DNA of 32,000 bases from Synechococcus elongatus PCC 6301 (GTDB lineage Bacteria; Cyanobacteriota; Cyanobacteriia; Synechococcales; Synechococcaceae), in the NCBI RefSeq assembly GCF_000010065.1, contig NC_006576.1:2640001-2672000 (forward strand), read 5' to 3'. Positions 10,485-20,756 of this stretch are shown in pieces. The notes under the pieces were generated by a model. The model saw nothing but the letters and a program-made list of their open reading frames with translations. It did no database searches and was not told the DNA's origin. The position numbers and the translations under genes were made by a program. Position 1 is the stretch's first letter, and each line of letters starts with the position of its first letter.

Positions 10485-10505
10485 TTGGGATTTATTCCCA
10501 ATTTT
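10485..10505 (+). terminator. Short hairpin plus T-tract, terminator-like, 49 bp upstream of the DUF2252 start
   Basis: TTGGGA-TTTAT-TCCCAA followed by TTTT. Confidence 0.4.
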
Positions 10506-10554
10506 ATGATTCCAGACAATACCGGCCAAGAAAGAACTGAGGAGAGCAGCGTTT

Positions 10555-11943
10555 ATGCCCGGTAAAGCGAAGGGGCGCAGTCTCACCGCAGCTCAGTTTA
10601 ATTTACGGAGCGATCGCCTGATCGCTGGCAAAGCACTTCGAAATGTTCTGCCCAGAACTGAACAGGCGAGCTGGCAACCCGCCCAGGATCGCCGCGATCC
10701 GATCGCCATTCTAGAAGACTCGAATCAAGGCCGAGTGCCTGAGCTAATTCCCATTCGCTATGGCCGCATGTTGCGCAGTCCGTTCACCTTTCTGAGAGGT
10801 TCTGCGGCGATCATGGCCTACGACTTGGCAACGACGCCCAATACTGGCATTCATGTGCAGGCTTGCGGCGACTGCCATCTTTTAAACTTTGGCCTATTCG
10901 CAACACCAGAGCGCAACCTTGTTTTTGACATCAATGATTTTGACGAGACACACCCTGCCCCTTGGGAGTGGGATCTCAAACGACTTGCAGTCAGCTTTGT
11001 AATTGCTGCTAGAAACAACCAGGTGGTTGATCAAGAGGCCGAATCTATTGCTGTCAGCTGTACTCGCTCCTATCGAGAACATTTACGCAACTATTCTCGG
11101 ATGAGCCCACTTGAGGTTTGGTACGCACGTCTTGAGATGAAAGAGATTATCGAGATGGCTCCCACTGAAAAGATCAGAAAGCGCCGAGAAGAATTTGCAG
11201 AACGCGCCCAAAAAAGAATTGCTGAGCACCTCTTCCCTAAAATTGTAACTCTGAAGGAAGGGAAGCATCAGTTTGTTGATCAGCCGCCAATTCTCTTTCA
11301 TAGCAATGACCCAACTTTAAGAAATCGAGTCATCAATGGACTACAAGCATATCGTAAATCGCTGCCGGATGAACGGCGTGTTCTTTTCGATCGCTATCGA
11401 CTAGAAGACTACGCAACGAAGGTGGTTGGTATTGGAAGTGTAGGTACTCACTGCAGTATTGCTCTCTTTTTCTCTGAAGAGAATCACCCCTTGATTTTGC
11501 AAGTTAAGGAAGCTCGTCAATCAGTTCTAGAACCTTATACTCAGACGAATTGCTATGAGAATCAAGGACAAAGAGTCGTTGTTGGTCAGCGATTAATGCA
11601 GTCGTCTAGCGATATCTTTTTGGGCTGGGCACGATCGGATTTAGGTCGCGATTTCTATGTTCGACAATTGCGAGATATGAAATTTTCCTTGCCCATCGAT
11701 GGAATGCAAGCCGAGCGATTCCACCGCTATGCCGAGTTCTGTGGTTGGGCGCTCGCCCGTGCCCATGCCAAAGCAGGGGATGCAGCCACAATTAGTGGCT
11801 ATTTGGGAAAAGCAGATGCTTTCGATGAAGCGATCGCAAAATTTGCAGTCGCCTACGCCGATCAAACCGAACAAGACTATACAGCCCTAGTTCAGGCTGT
11901 GGCCAGCGGCCGCATTGAGGCGATCGTCGAAGAAGACCTGTAG
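10555..11943 (+). CDS. DUF2252 family protein
   Basis: 462 aa with family-typical motifs RSPFTFLRGSAAIMAYDLA, GDCHLLNFGLFATPERNLVFDINDFDETHPAPWEWDLKRLAVSF and C-terminal YADQTEQDYTAL. Confidence 0.85.
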   Translation: MPGKAKGRSLTAAQFNLRSDRLIAGKALRNVLPRTEQASWQPAQDRRDPIAILEDSNQGRVPELIPIRYGRMLRSPFTFLRGSAAIMAYDLATTPNTGIHVQACGDCHLLNFGLFATPERNLVFDINDFDETHPAPWEWDLKRLAVSFVIAARNNQVVDQEAESIAVSCTRSYREHLRNYSRMSPLEVWYARLEMKEIIEMAPTEKIRKRREEFAERAQKRIAEHLFPKIVTLKEGKHQFVDQPPILFHSNDPTLRNRVINGLQAYRKSLPDERRVLFDRYRLEDYATKVVGIGSVGTHCSIALFFSEENHPLILQVKEARQSVLEPYTQTNCYENQGQRVVVGQRLMQSSSDIFLGWARSDLGRDFYVRQLRDMKFSLPIDGMQAERFHRYAEFCGWALARAHAKAGDAATISGYLGKADAFDEAIAKFAVAYADQTEQDYTALVQAVASGRIEAIVEEDL

Positions 11944-11952
11944 GAACACCTT

Positions 11953-11990
11953 GCCCAGCGAGCTGAACTTGGGGATCCTCTCTGCTGGGC
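11953..11990. other. Inverted repeat between convergent DUF2252 and leuB
   Basis: Perfect 7 bp arms GCCCAGC (11953-11959) and GCTGGGC (11984-11990). Confidence 0.45.
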
Positions 11991-12024
11991 CACACCCGAG
12001 CCACTGGAACCCTGACGACCGAGC

Positions 12025-12048
12025 CCCCGCACAGGCAAAGAAGCGGGG
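12025..12048. other. GC-rich hairpin between convergent genes, possible transcription end signal
   Basis: CCCCGC (12025-12030) pairs with GCGGGG (12043-12048) across a 12 nt loop. There is no clear T-tract on the plus strand. Confidence 0.45.
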
Positions 12049-12063
12049 ACTACAAATGAGAAT

Positions 12064-13161
12064 CTAGGCAGAGACGGGAGATTCTAAAGCTGCCAGTAGA
12101 GCATCGCCCATGCCTTTGCAGCCCACAAGAGTCATTCCTTCGGAATACAGATCGCCAGTTCGGTAGCCCTGATCGAGCACTTGGTTGACAGCAGCTTCAA
12201 TGCGGGCAGCAGCTTCCGGCTCATCCAAGCCGTAGCGCAACATCATAGCTGCGCTCAACACTTGAGCGAGGGGGTTGGCTTTGTCTTGACCAGCGATGTC
12301 AGGTGCAGAGCCATGTACCGGTTCAAAAACGCCGGGGCCTTCGGCACCCAAGCTGGCAGACGGCAGCATGCCAATGCTACCCGTCAGCATTGCCGCAATG
12401 TCCGAAAGGATATCCCCAAAAAGATTGCCCGTGACGATGGTGTCGAACTGCTTGGGCCAACGCACCAACTGCATGGCGGCGTTATCAACGTAGAGGTGGC
12501 TGAGCTCCACATCAGCGTAGTCGCTGCCCAAGAGCGTCATCCGATCGCGCCAGAGTTGGGAGACCTCGAGCACATTTGCCTTATCCACCGAGCAAAGACG
12601 TTTGCCCCGTTTGCGGGCAATGTCAAAGGCAACTCGGCCAATGCGATCAATCTCATCCTCGCGGTAGACCATGGTGTTGAAAGCTCGCTGTCGTCCCTGT
12701 TCATCGGCGAAGCAGCCTTTAGGTTCCCCAAAGTAAATGCCGCCGGTCAGTTCTCGCACCACCATCAAATCGACGCCTTCGATCACTTCCCGTTTGAGGG
12801 AGGAGGCATCAACCAATTGAGGCAAAATTGCGGCGGGCCGCAGATTGGCAAACAGACCTAAGCCAGCTCGCAGACCTAAAAGACCGGTTTCCGGACGCTG
12901 CGATCGCGGCAAGGAATCCCACTTGTAGCCCCCGATCGCAGCCAGTAGGACAGCATCACTGTTGCGACAGGTCGCCAACGTGGCTTCAGGCAGGGGCTCA
13001 CCGGTGGCATCGATTGCCGATCCGCCGATCAGTGCTTCCTCAAATTCAAAGTTGAGGTCAAACTGGCGACCGATTGCCCGCAGGATGTCAACGGTCACTG
13101 CCATAATCTCGGGACCGATGCCATCGCCAGGAAGCAGGGTAATCCGATAGGAGCGGGTCAT
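12064..13161 (-). CDS. leuB: 3-isopropylmalate dehydrogenase
   Basis: 365 aa from [19 protein letters not shown], with [49 protein letters not shown] and [19 protein letters not shown]. Confidence 0.95.
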   Translation of the reverse strand: MTRSYRITLLPGDGIGPEIMAVTVDILRAIGRQFDLNFEFEEALIGGSAIDATGEPLPEATLATCRNSDAVLLAAIGGYKWDSLPRSQRPETGLLGLRAGLGLFANLRPAAILPQLVDASSLKREVIEGVDLMVVRELTGGIYFGEPKGCFADEQGRQRAFNTMVYREDEIDRIGRVAFDIARKRGKRLCSVDKANVLEVSQLWRDRMTLLGSDYADVELSHLYVDNAAMQLVRWPKQFDTIVTGNLFGDILSDIAAMLTGSIGMLPSASLGAEGPGVFEPVHGSAPDIAGQDKANPLAQVLSAAMMLRYGLDEPEAAARIEAAVNQVLDQGYRTGDLYSEGMTLVGCKGMGDALLAALESPVSA

Positions 13162-13321
13162 GGGCGATCGCCTGAAGTCAGCGATTTTCACTGTACTAGA
13201 ACCGCCTCCTCTCACCCAAAACTGAGCTGAGCCACCCCAAGAAAGGTCTGGGTCAACCTACTGGAAAATGACAGGTAGCCTACCCTGCCCAGCGAGCGAG
13301 CGCCCGAGGTTGGAGAGACTA

Positions 13322-13738
13322 CTAGGACATCACGAGGCAGTGATGGAAGAAGGTTTGCAGGCGATCGAGCAGGCGGAGCGCGGGACGATGCTCGAGCTCT
13401 TGCTCAATTTCACAGAGAACTGCTGCCTCACGGGCGTCAATAAGGCTATCAGCGTAGATGACGCTGCTGATTTGCTCTAGCAAGGCTTCAACATCCTCAC
13501 GACGGGGATGCTGTCTCAAATAAGCTGTTAGCCACTGTTCGAAAACAGCAGGCGAAATCGGTGTCGTTCGAGTCATGAGATCCTGAAATTCCGGATCGGC
13601 AGCCAAACGATGTTTTTCTAGCAAGCCCTTCAGGTAATTTCTTTCCTCGGGCTGCATATCGCCATCTAGCCAAGCAGCGCCAATGAGTAAGCGTAAAACA
13701 GAGCGTTGGTCGTGGGGCTCAAGGGTCAAGGGACGCAT
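13322..13738 (-). CDS. TerB-like (tellurite-resistance-domain-like) small helical protein
   Basis: 138 aa from MRPLTLEP, with LRLLIGAAWLDGDMQPEERNYLKGLL and a second VIYADSLIDAREAAVLCEIE element, the duplicated D-G/D-E metal-site pattern of TerB-like proteins. Confidence 0.55.
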   Translation of the reverse strand: MRPLTLEPHDQRSVLRLLIGAAWLDGDMQPEERNYLKGLLEKHRLAADPEFQDLMTRTTPISPAVFEQWLTAYLRQHPRREDVEALLEQISSVIYADSLIDAREAAVLCEIEQELEHRPALRLLDRLQTFFHHCLVMS

Positions 13739-14421
13739 GGTTACAGACACCAATGCAACTGAGGAAAAGATTTCGGAGTCCAACCTCTCTCCTAGGATAG
13801 AGGGCCACCGAAAAAGTCGTGAGTTTCGCAAACCATTCTTTATGTTCAGGGCTTAAAATCAATCTGGTAGGTGTCAACCCGAAAACCAGAAGCGATTGTG
13901 CACCTGGGCTGAGCGATCGCTTGATCTCTTTCGGATGACATAGCGGGATTGTGATGGCCACAAACAACTGCCATAAAATAAAATGACATAAGTCTAAAGC
14001 TTAATGTTTGTTGCAGCTTTTTGAATGGTCATATGCTCAGTGTTTTTTATGATTTATAAATGACAATGAGTAGTTTAAGCTTTTGATATTGACCAAGCAA
14101 AAAAGAACTTTTGTGGTGAAATCTAGGGTTGGATTCAACTTTATAAATACAGGGTGAATACTGCGGGTTTTATAAATCCGTTGAAGTTTTTTAAGGTCAG
14201 GCGTAGAAGGGTGTCTGACGGCACTGCGATAGTGTTGTCAGACTCGCTTGGTCTGCCCCCATAACTCGCGATCGCGGAAGCCAAATCAGGACTGGTTGCG
14301 AGCGTTTGTCTCTGGCTGGCGATCCCAATCGGTTAAGGGAGTTGTCGCGCTTCAGTTTCACACTCAGCGGCCCTAGAACTCTGTTGGAGAGGGCGATCGG
14401 CAAAGTTTTTGGTCAGCCTGC

Positions 14422-14451
14422 TTGACAGCCACTGTTGCAGGCTGCAATATT
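14422..14451 (+). promoter_or_regulatory. Candidate promoter for tRNA-Val
   Basis: A perfect -35 TTGACA (14422-14427) with a weak -10-like AATATT (14446-14451), about 20 bp before the tRNA 5' end. Confidence 0.4.
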
Positions 14452-14470
14452 AATAACTGCGCAAAGACGC

Positions 14471-14542
14471 GGGCGATTAACTCAGGGGTAGAGTACCACC
14501 ATGACAAGGTGGGAGCCACTGGTTCAAATCCAGTATCGCCCA
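14471..14542 (+). tRNA. tRNA-Val (anticodon GAC)
   Basis: Full cloverleaf by eye: acceptor GGGCGAT/ATCGCCC, D-stem ACTC/GAGT, anticodon stem CCACC/GGTGG with loop ATGACAA, T-arm ACTGG-TTCAAAT-CCAGT, discriminator A. Confidence 0.95.
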
Positions 14543-14620
14543 TACTCAAGCCAGACAACCTAAGCGGTTACTCTTTCCATCCGTACTAGCCTTCGATAGT
14601 GCAGCGGATGCTAGCTCGGC

Positions 14621-15556
14621 TTAGTCTTGGCTGCTGTCAGCATGATAGGAGCTGCGCACGAGTGGCCCCGATCGCACCTGCTGAAAACCCAAATCTCGGG
14701 CGATCGCCCCCAGTTCCTCAAATTCAGCTGGCGTCCAATAGCGCTGCACCGGTAGGTGAGCTAGAGAGGGCTGGAGATATTGCCCCAAGGTCAGGCGATC
14801 GCAACCGACTTGCCGCAGCGCCTGCATCGTTTCAATCACTTCAGCCTGGGTTTCGCCCAGACCCAACATCAAACCTGACTTCGTGGGAATCATGGGAGCT
14901 TGCTGCTTCGCTAGCGCCAGCAACCGTAGCGAGCGATCGTAGCGAGCGCCGCGCCGCACTTGGCCTTGCAGTCGCTCGACGGTTTCAAGGTTGTGGTTAA
15001 AGCAAGCGGGTTGTTCAGCGAGAACAACTGCCAAGCGATCCGCCTGAGCCTGTTCAGCGCGATCGCGATCGGGTTCGCCCCCCCAAAAGTCTGGGGTCAA
15101 CACTTCAATTTGGGTCTGAGGACAGCGCTGGGTGATCGCTTGCATCGTAGCGGCGAATTGAGTCGCACCCTGATCCGGCCGATCATCTCGGGCAACCGCT
15201 GTCAGCACCACATACTGGAGGCCCAAGGTCTCAACCGCTTCGGCCACGCGATCGGGTTCAGTCGGATCCAGTGGCAGCGGTGCATGGCCTTTATCTACTT
15301 GGCAAAAAGCACAGGACCGCGTACAGGTCGGTCCCATCAGTAAAAAGGTGGCTGTCCCCCGGGCATAGCATTCGCCCCGATTTGGACAGCGGCCTTCCTC
15401 ACAAATGGTGTGAATCTGGCGTTGTTTGACAATTTGTTGGACGCGCGAGACCTGACTGGCAAACCCCAGGCCTGATCGCAGCCAAGGGGGGAGGGTGGAA
15501 GCGGGCGGTCTAGAGGCACTCACCGCAAAAGTCCAACGCTGCAGGCATTGTGGCAC
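14621..15556 (-). CDS. lipA: Lipoyl synthase (radical SAM)
   Basis: Contains [12 protein letters not shown], the radical SAM motif [20 protein letters not shown], and C-terminal [14 protein letters not shown]. Start position not certain. Confidence 0.93.
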   Translation of the reverse strand: MPQCLQRWTFAVSASRPPASTLPPWLRSGLGFASQVSRVQQIVKQRQIHTICEEGRCPNRGECYARGTATFLLMGPTCTRSCAFCQVDKGHAPLPLDPTEPDRVAEAVETLGLQYVVLTAVARDDRPDQGATQFAATMQAITQRCPQTQIEVLTPDFWGGEPDRDRAEQAQADRLAVVLAEQPACFNHNLETVERLQGQVRRGARYDRSLRLLALAKQQAPMIPTKSGLMLGLGETQAEVIETMQALRQVGCDRLTLGQYLQPSLAHLPVQRYWTPAEFEELGAIARDLGFQQVRSGPLVRSSYHADSSQD

Positions 15557-15708
15557 GGTTGACCCCAGCCTGAGCTGCTCGTTCCAGTTGAGACAGTCTC
15601 AAGATCGGCAACCAGGGGCGCAAGCTTCTGGTCCCGGAGAATTGTCTTCTTCACTTCGTCCTAACTGGATTAGAGAATGCAACATCAGTCCTGAGTTTGG
15701 GTGGTGGC

Positions 15709-16452
15709 CTAGCCGCCGAAGTAGATGCGAACGGTCTGCAAGCCTGCCTTACGCAGCGTCTGCAGTACTGTATTGAGCTGGCTAGACTGGGCGTAGGGGC
15801 CAACTACCACGAAGTTGCCCAGCGGTAGCGATCGGCTCTGAACCTGTCCGCCCTGCAGGTCGAAGCGAGTCAGGACGCTCGTCAGAGCTGGTACGTCTTG
15901 GCCGAAGCTAGGAATCGCCAGGTAATAGCCCCGGTTGTAGGTGGTGGGAATCGGTTGGGGCGTGTTGGCGAAGGGACTCGGCAGTTCCAACGAAGGAATC
16001 AAGCGGCCATCGACCGTGTCTTTGGCAAAGCCGGTGATTCCCAAAGCTTGAAATTGTTGCAGCCGTTGTTTGGCTTCAGTTGCGCCGGTAAAGGTACCCA
16101 GAGTGATAACCGTGCGCCCTTCGAAGTTGAGGAAGCCAACGCTGGGGTCTATCGTCCGCATAATATCGAGCAGCGCTTGGCTCGAACTATTGACGAAGAC
16201 AACATAGTTGCCGGTACTAGGAGAGGGTACCGATCCTCCCGTCGGGACAGGAACGGAGGTTCCTGCTGGCACAACAGGTGTCACTGTGGGGGGCGCAGGC
16301 TGTACAGGGATGGGCGCTGAAGGAACAGCCGTTGGGGGCGGCGGTGGCAAAATATCTTGCGCGATCGCACTAGCGGCGGGAATGAGGCTGCTCGAAAGGC
16401 TACTGAGAAGTAGAAGAAACGATCGCACAGGCATTTGGCTTTGGGGCTCCAA
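15709..16452 (-). CDS. Predicted secreted protein with a Pro/Val/Thr-rich linker and two SPOR-like segments
   Basis: Signal-peptide-like N-terminus ([27 protein letters not shown]), low-complexity [24 protein letters not shown] linker, then two similar segments ([10 protein letters not shown]... and YYLAIPSFG...). The start could be the second Met. Confidence 0.6.
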
Positions 16453-16553
16453 GCCCTCCCTTCGCTGGCAGTGAGTCTAACGGGTTGATCTCCGCCTCGC
16501 AAGTTGTCGGTGTTAGCCTAGAACTGCTACTGCTGCCCAAGTTGACAGAAATA

Positions 16554-17627
16554 ATGGAGCGCGTTGTCGTCGGACTCTCTGGCGGAGTCGATAGTTCCGT
16601 CGCTGCGGCGTTACTACATCGCCAAGGCTACGCCGTAGAAGGGTTGACGCTCTGGCTGATGAAGGGCAAGGGACAGTGCTGCTCGGAAGGCATGGTGGAT
16701 GCGGCCGGCATCTGTGAGCAAATGGGCGTGCCTTATCACGTCGTTGATAGCCGCGATCGCTTCCAGGAGGCGATCGTTGATTACGTTGTCCAAGGCTACG
16801 AAGCTGGCATTACGCCGCTGCCCTGTTCGCAGTGCAATCGGGCCGTCAAGTTTGGGCCAATGCTTGACTACGCCAAAACTGAGTTAAAGGCTGATGCGAT
16901 CGCGACGGGGCATTATGCGCGTCTGCGCCAGAATCCTGAAACGGGGCGGACAGAGCTGCTGCGCGCCGTCGATCGCAATAAGGATCAGACGTACTTTCTC
17001 TACGATCTCCCTCAATCGGTACTTCAATCCGTCAAGTTCCCCTTGGGTGAATTGACCAAACCGGAGACCCGCCAAATTGCAGCTGAGCTGGGGCTGCGTA
17101 CCGCCGAAAAACCGGAAAGTCAGGATCTTTGCTTGGCAGAAGTCCATGGCTCGATGCGGGCATTTCTTGATCGCTACATCGAGTCGCGCGAAGGCGAGAT
17201 TGTTGATCAGAGTGGTCGCGTTCTGGGCAAACACACGGGCATCCATCACTACACAATTGGCCAACGCAAGGGCTTGGGGATTGCCCATAGTGAGCCGCTC
17301 TACGTGATTGCGATCGATCCGATTCAGAATCGTGTGGTCGTCGGCGATCGCCATAGTGCAGCCCAATCTGAATGCACGGTCTCGCGGGTCAATTGGGTTT
17401 CGATCGCCCAACCTGATGCCCCGATTCAAGCGGCCGTCCAAGTGCGCTATCGCTCGGCACCCGTACCCTGTACCGTGATTCCCCTAGCGGGCGATCGGGC
17501 TCGTATTTTGTTTGCAGACCCCCAGTTCAGCATTACGCCCGGCCAAGCGGCGGTTTGGTATGACGGCGATCGCCTTCTGGGTGGAGGCCTGATTGATCGC
17601 GTGGAGCGAACAACGGAGCCAGTCTAG
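16554..17627 (+). CDS. mnmA: tRNA-specific 2-thiouridylase
   Basis: 357 aa from [21 protein letters not shown], with [48 protein letters not shown] and [13 protein letters not shown]. Confidence 0.95.
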
Positions 17628-18415
17628 GCATCATCGCCACTGCGCAGAATCGATTTGAGGTGCTTGAGCCCCTTTTTGACTTGGCGCGACACTGTGACCG
17701 CGCTCAGACCGAGTTTTTCAGCAACCTCGCGCTGGGTCAGGTCATAGAAAAAGACAAACTCGAGAATTTCACGAGTTCTCTGCTCGAGCAGCTGCATTGC
17801 TTGCTGGAGTCGAATCCGATCCTCTTCGGCAAGCTGAAAACTGCGATATTTCGGATCTGCGATCGAGTCGCCGAGGCTTGTGACCTGCTCCTCATCGGCG
17901 TACAACGGCTGGTCGAGGCTGAGAGTGGTGCGATTGCGGCCAATCAGACGCACCTCTTGCCATTCCTCAGCATCCAAGCCCAAGCCCTGGCGCAGCTCTT
18001 CCTCCGTGGGTGATCGCCCTAGTTCACGCTGGAGTTTATGGCGGAGGGGGTCAATTTGCTGATGAAGTTCGGCCCAGCGCCGGGGTACTCGCACAGTGCC
18101 ACTGCGATCGCGCAGATAGTGTTGAATCTCGCCGCGGATATAGGGTACTGCGAACGAACTAAATGCTTTACCCCGCTCCAGTTCAAAGCGATCGATCGCC
18201 GCAATTAACCCCAAGGATCCAATCTGCACAAGCTCCTCAAAGCTTTCGGGGCAGCGTTGCACCCAGCGGTAGGCTTCCTGACGCACCAACCCCAAATTCA
18301 GCTCAACGAGTCGATTCCGAATTCGATGATCACGCGTCTGTTGATACTGCCGTAGCAACAGAAACGTTTGTCGGCGGGGGTCAGAGGAGAGAGGTTCGCC
18401 CACATTGCTAACCAA
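17624..18415 (-). CDS. sigF: Group 3 RNA polymerase sigma factor, SigF type
   Basis: 263 aa with sigma region 2 ([18 protein letters not shown]...[20 protein letters not shown]...[19 protein letters not shown]) and region 4 ([40 protein letters not shown]). Confidence 0.9.
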
Positions 18416-18691
18416 GCAGAGGCAGCGTTTATTGCCCTAAGAATCGCACAAGCTTTGCAGCGACAGCGGTAAACGTTGAACTTGTTGACTAAAGCAGTAC
18501 CCGGGACTGACCTAGACAGGAACTCAAATCCTAGTCATGAGGCCTAAGGTAACCCTACTGCCCTCTGGAGCGGTCGCACTGTCAACAGCACGACTTCACA
18601 TTTGCTACATGAAGTGGCACGGCAATAGTCATCGGGATTGACCGGAATTCCAGCGTTCAGGTTGTGAAGTCGATACTGCTATTGAGGGGGG

Positions 18692-19129
18692 CTAACGAGG
18701 GCTTTCAGCATAGTGACGGAAGCGATCGAGATCGGCTTTGAGGGTGCCTTCAACAATGCGCCCCAAGAATAGCTTGTCCATCAATGGGCCAAGGCCGCCC
18801 GGAATCGCGTAGGAAATGCTCAGCCGCACGATGCTGTGATCTTGGCGATCGTAGAAACGAATGGCACCCCGATTGGGCAGACCATCCACTGACTCCCACT
18901 GGATTAACTGCTGCGGTACCAGCCGCGTAATCCGTGACAGCCAGCTAAACTCAAATCCCTGAGAAGCGAGCTTCCATCGCGACAGCTCGGGATCGTCTTT
19001 CTGGACTTGCACCGAGTCGATCCACTTCATCCAGCGGGGCATTTGCTCCAGATCCGACCACAGTTCCCAAGCACGCGCCACGGGAACAGCGACTTCGACC
19101 TGTACGCTATGTTCGAGCCAATCGCTCAT
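18692..19129 (-). CDS. SRPBCC / polyketide cyclase-dehydrase-like protein
   Basis: 145 aa with VEVAVPVARAWELWSDLEQMPRWMKWIDSVQV and C-terminal LFLGRIVEGTLKADLDRFRHYAE. Confidence 0.8.
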   Translation of the reverse strand: MSDWLEHSVQVEVAVPVARAWELWSDLEQMPRWMKWIDSVQVQKDDPELSRWKLASQGFEFSWLSRITRLVPQQLIQWESVDGLPNRGAIRFYDRQDHSIVRLSISYAIPGGLGPLMDKLFLGRIVEGTLKADLDRFRHYAESPR

Positions 19130-19168
19130 CCAAGATCCTCGAGACTGGGTTCGATCGCTGCCCGCCGA

Positions 19169-20614
19169 TTACGCAGCGATCGCCTGAGCTTCTAACATTG
19201 CTTTGGCGGCCCGGCGTCCCGAAATCGTGGCTCCCTCCATGCTATCGATGTAGTCCTGCTGCGTGTAGCTGCCGGCCAGGAAGAAGTTAGCGATCGGGGT
19301 TTTTTGATCAGGGCGGAATGGATCCATGCCCGGTGCCTCCCGATAGAGCGATTGCGCCAACTTGACTACATTGGACCAAGTCATATTGAGATCGCGGCTG
19401 CTGGGGAAGAGCTCATGCACTTGCTTGAGCACATGCTGAGCGATGTCTTCGTTCTTCATGGCAATGAAGGGATCGCCGGGTGTTAGAACGCATTGCAAGA
19501 GGGATCCTTGGCCTTTGCGGTAGTAGTCCTTGGGACTACTCAGGGCGAGGTCAGTAAAGCAAGAGAAATCGGCGTCAGCGGTGTAGAGCAGGTTATCGAG
19601 GCCAGTCGCATGGTCGAGTTGGTGCCGTTTTTCGCGATCGACCAGCTCGGTCACCCAGCCATCGAAGCGCAGTTGCACCGTCGCGACCGGCACCGCATCC
19701 AGCTTGTAGATGTTGTCGAACTCCGACCACTTGCGCCAGGCCTCCGGCAGCAAACGCTGAATTCCCGGCACATCGCAGGCCGCCAGATACACATCTGCTT
19801 CCACCCGTTCCACGGCATCACCGTCAGCGATCTGTAGACCTGTGACCACGGTTTGACCGTTGGTTTCCGTATATTCAATCTCCCGCACCCGTCGCTGCAG
19901 GTGCAGCGTTGCCCCTCGCGCTTGGATGTAGTCCAGAATCGGCTTGTGCAAATATTCCGCCGGAGAGCCTGCCAACAGATTCAGTTTCGAGGCTTCAGTC
20001 TTTGCGGCGAACATCTGGAAGACCGTCAGCATGCAGCGCGCTGAAATGTTCTCGGTATCGATGAAGCCTAGGGCATAGGCGATCGGGTTCCACATCCGTT
20101 TGAGGCTGCCTTCGCTGCCGCCGTGACTGCGGAACCAATCGGCAAAGCTGATCCGATCAAGGGCACGGATGATTTTCATCGCCCCTTCGTAGTCAAGGAT
20201 GCCGCGCACGAGGGGGCTAGTGCCCAGTGCCAGTGCGCTTTGCAGCTTGTCCAGCCAGGTCAGTTGGCTGGTGGTGAAGAAGGCCTTGAGGCCATTGAAA
20301 GGAGCGCCGATCGGGAAGCGGAAATCCAGCTCACCGACTTCGCCGCCTTTGTTGATGAAGGTGTGGGTATGGGCTTTTGGCAGTAGATTCTCGAAGGCCC
20401 CCACTTTGCGCATCAGGGCGAAGAGGTTGGCGTAGTTGAAGAAGAAGACGTGCAGCCCCATTTCAATGTGGTTGCCATCAGCATCGATCCAGCTACCGAC
20501 TTTGCCACCGACAAAGGGACGAGAGTCGTAGATCGCAACTTGGTGTCCAGCATCCACGAGGTCAATGGCAGCGGCGAGACCGGCCAAACCAGCACCGACA
20601 ATGGCAACGCGCAT
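19169..20614 (-). CDS. zds: Zeta-carotene desaturase (plant-type, CrtQ/ZDS)
   Basis: 481 aa from [42 protein letters not shown], with C-terminal [27 protein letters not shown]. Confidence 0.92.
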   Translation of the reverse strand: MRVAIVGAGLAGLAAAIDLVDAGHQVAIYDSRPFVGGKVGSWIDADGNHIEMGLHVFFFNYANLFALMRKVGAFENLLPKAHTHTFINKGGEVGELDFRFPIGAPFNGLKAFFTTSQLTWLDKLQSALALGTSPLVRGILDYEGAMKIIRALDRISFADWFRSHGGSEGSLKRMWNPIAYALGFIDTENISARCMLTVFQMFAAKTEASKLNLLAGSPAEYLHKPILDYIQARGATLHLQRRVREIEYTETNGQTVVTGLQIADGDAVERVEADVYLAACDVPGIQRLLPEAWRKWSEFDNIYKLDAVPVATVQLRFDGWVTELVDREKRHQLDHATGLDNLLYTADADFSCFTDLALSSPKDYYRKGQGSLLQCVLTPGDPFIAMKNEDIAQHVLKQVHELFPSSRDLNMTWSNVVKLAQSLYREAPGMDPFRPDQKTPIANFFLAGSYTQQDYIDSMEGATISGRRAAKAMLEAQAIAA

Positions 20615-20756
20615 AGGACCCAGAAATGCAGAACTATCACAACGAATTGTAAAGGACTGCGATCGCCTCCCTCGCTTCAGCAATGCATCTCAATGGTCGA
20701 TCTCAGACCGATCCCCATTGCTCGGTATAGTTGAGAAAAATTTCTGAGGGCATCCC

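Noticed and set aside
13322-13738. TerB-like protein as a sign of a ter tellurium/phage-resistance system
   Set aside because: It is a lone small TerB-like protein with no TerC/TerD/TerY partners nearby. Standalone copies like this are common in cyanobacteria.
14197-14403. 68 aa minus-strand ORF in the intergenic region before tRNA-Val
   Set aside because: There is no recognisable domain or convincing start context. It falls between an AT-rich block and the tRNA promoter. I keep the region as non-coding unless conservation shows otherwise.
14373-14558. Minus-strand 61 aa ORF containing GDTGFEPVAPTLSWWYSTPELIAR
   Set aside because: It is the antisense translation of tRNA-Val. TGFEPVAPTL-like strings are a familiar annotation artefact from tRNA genes.
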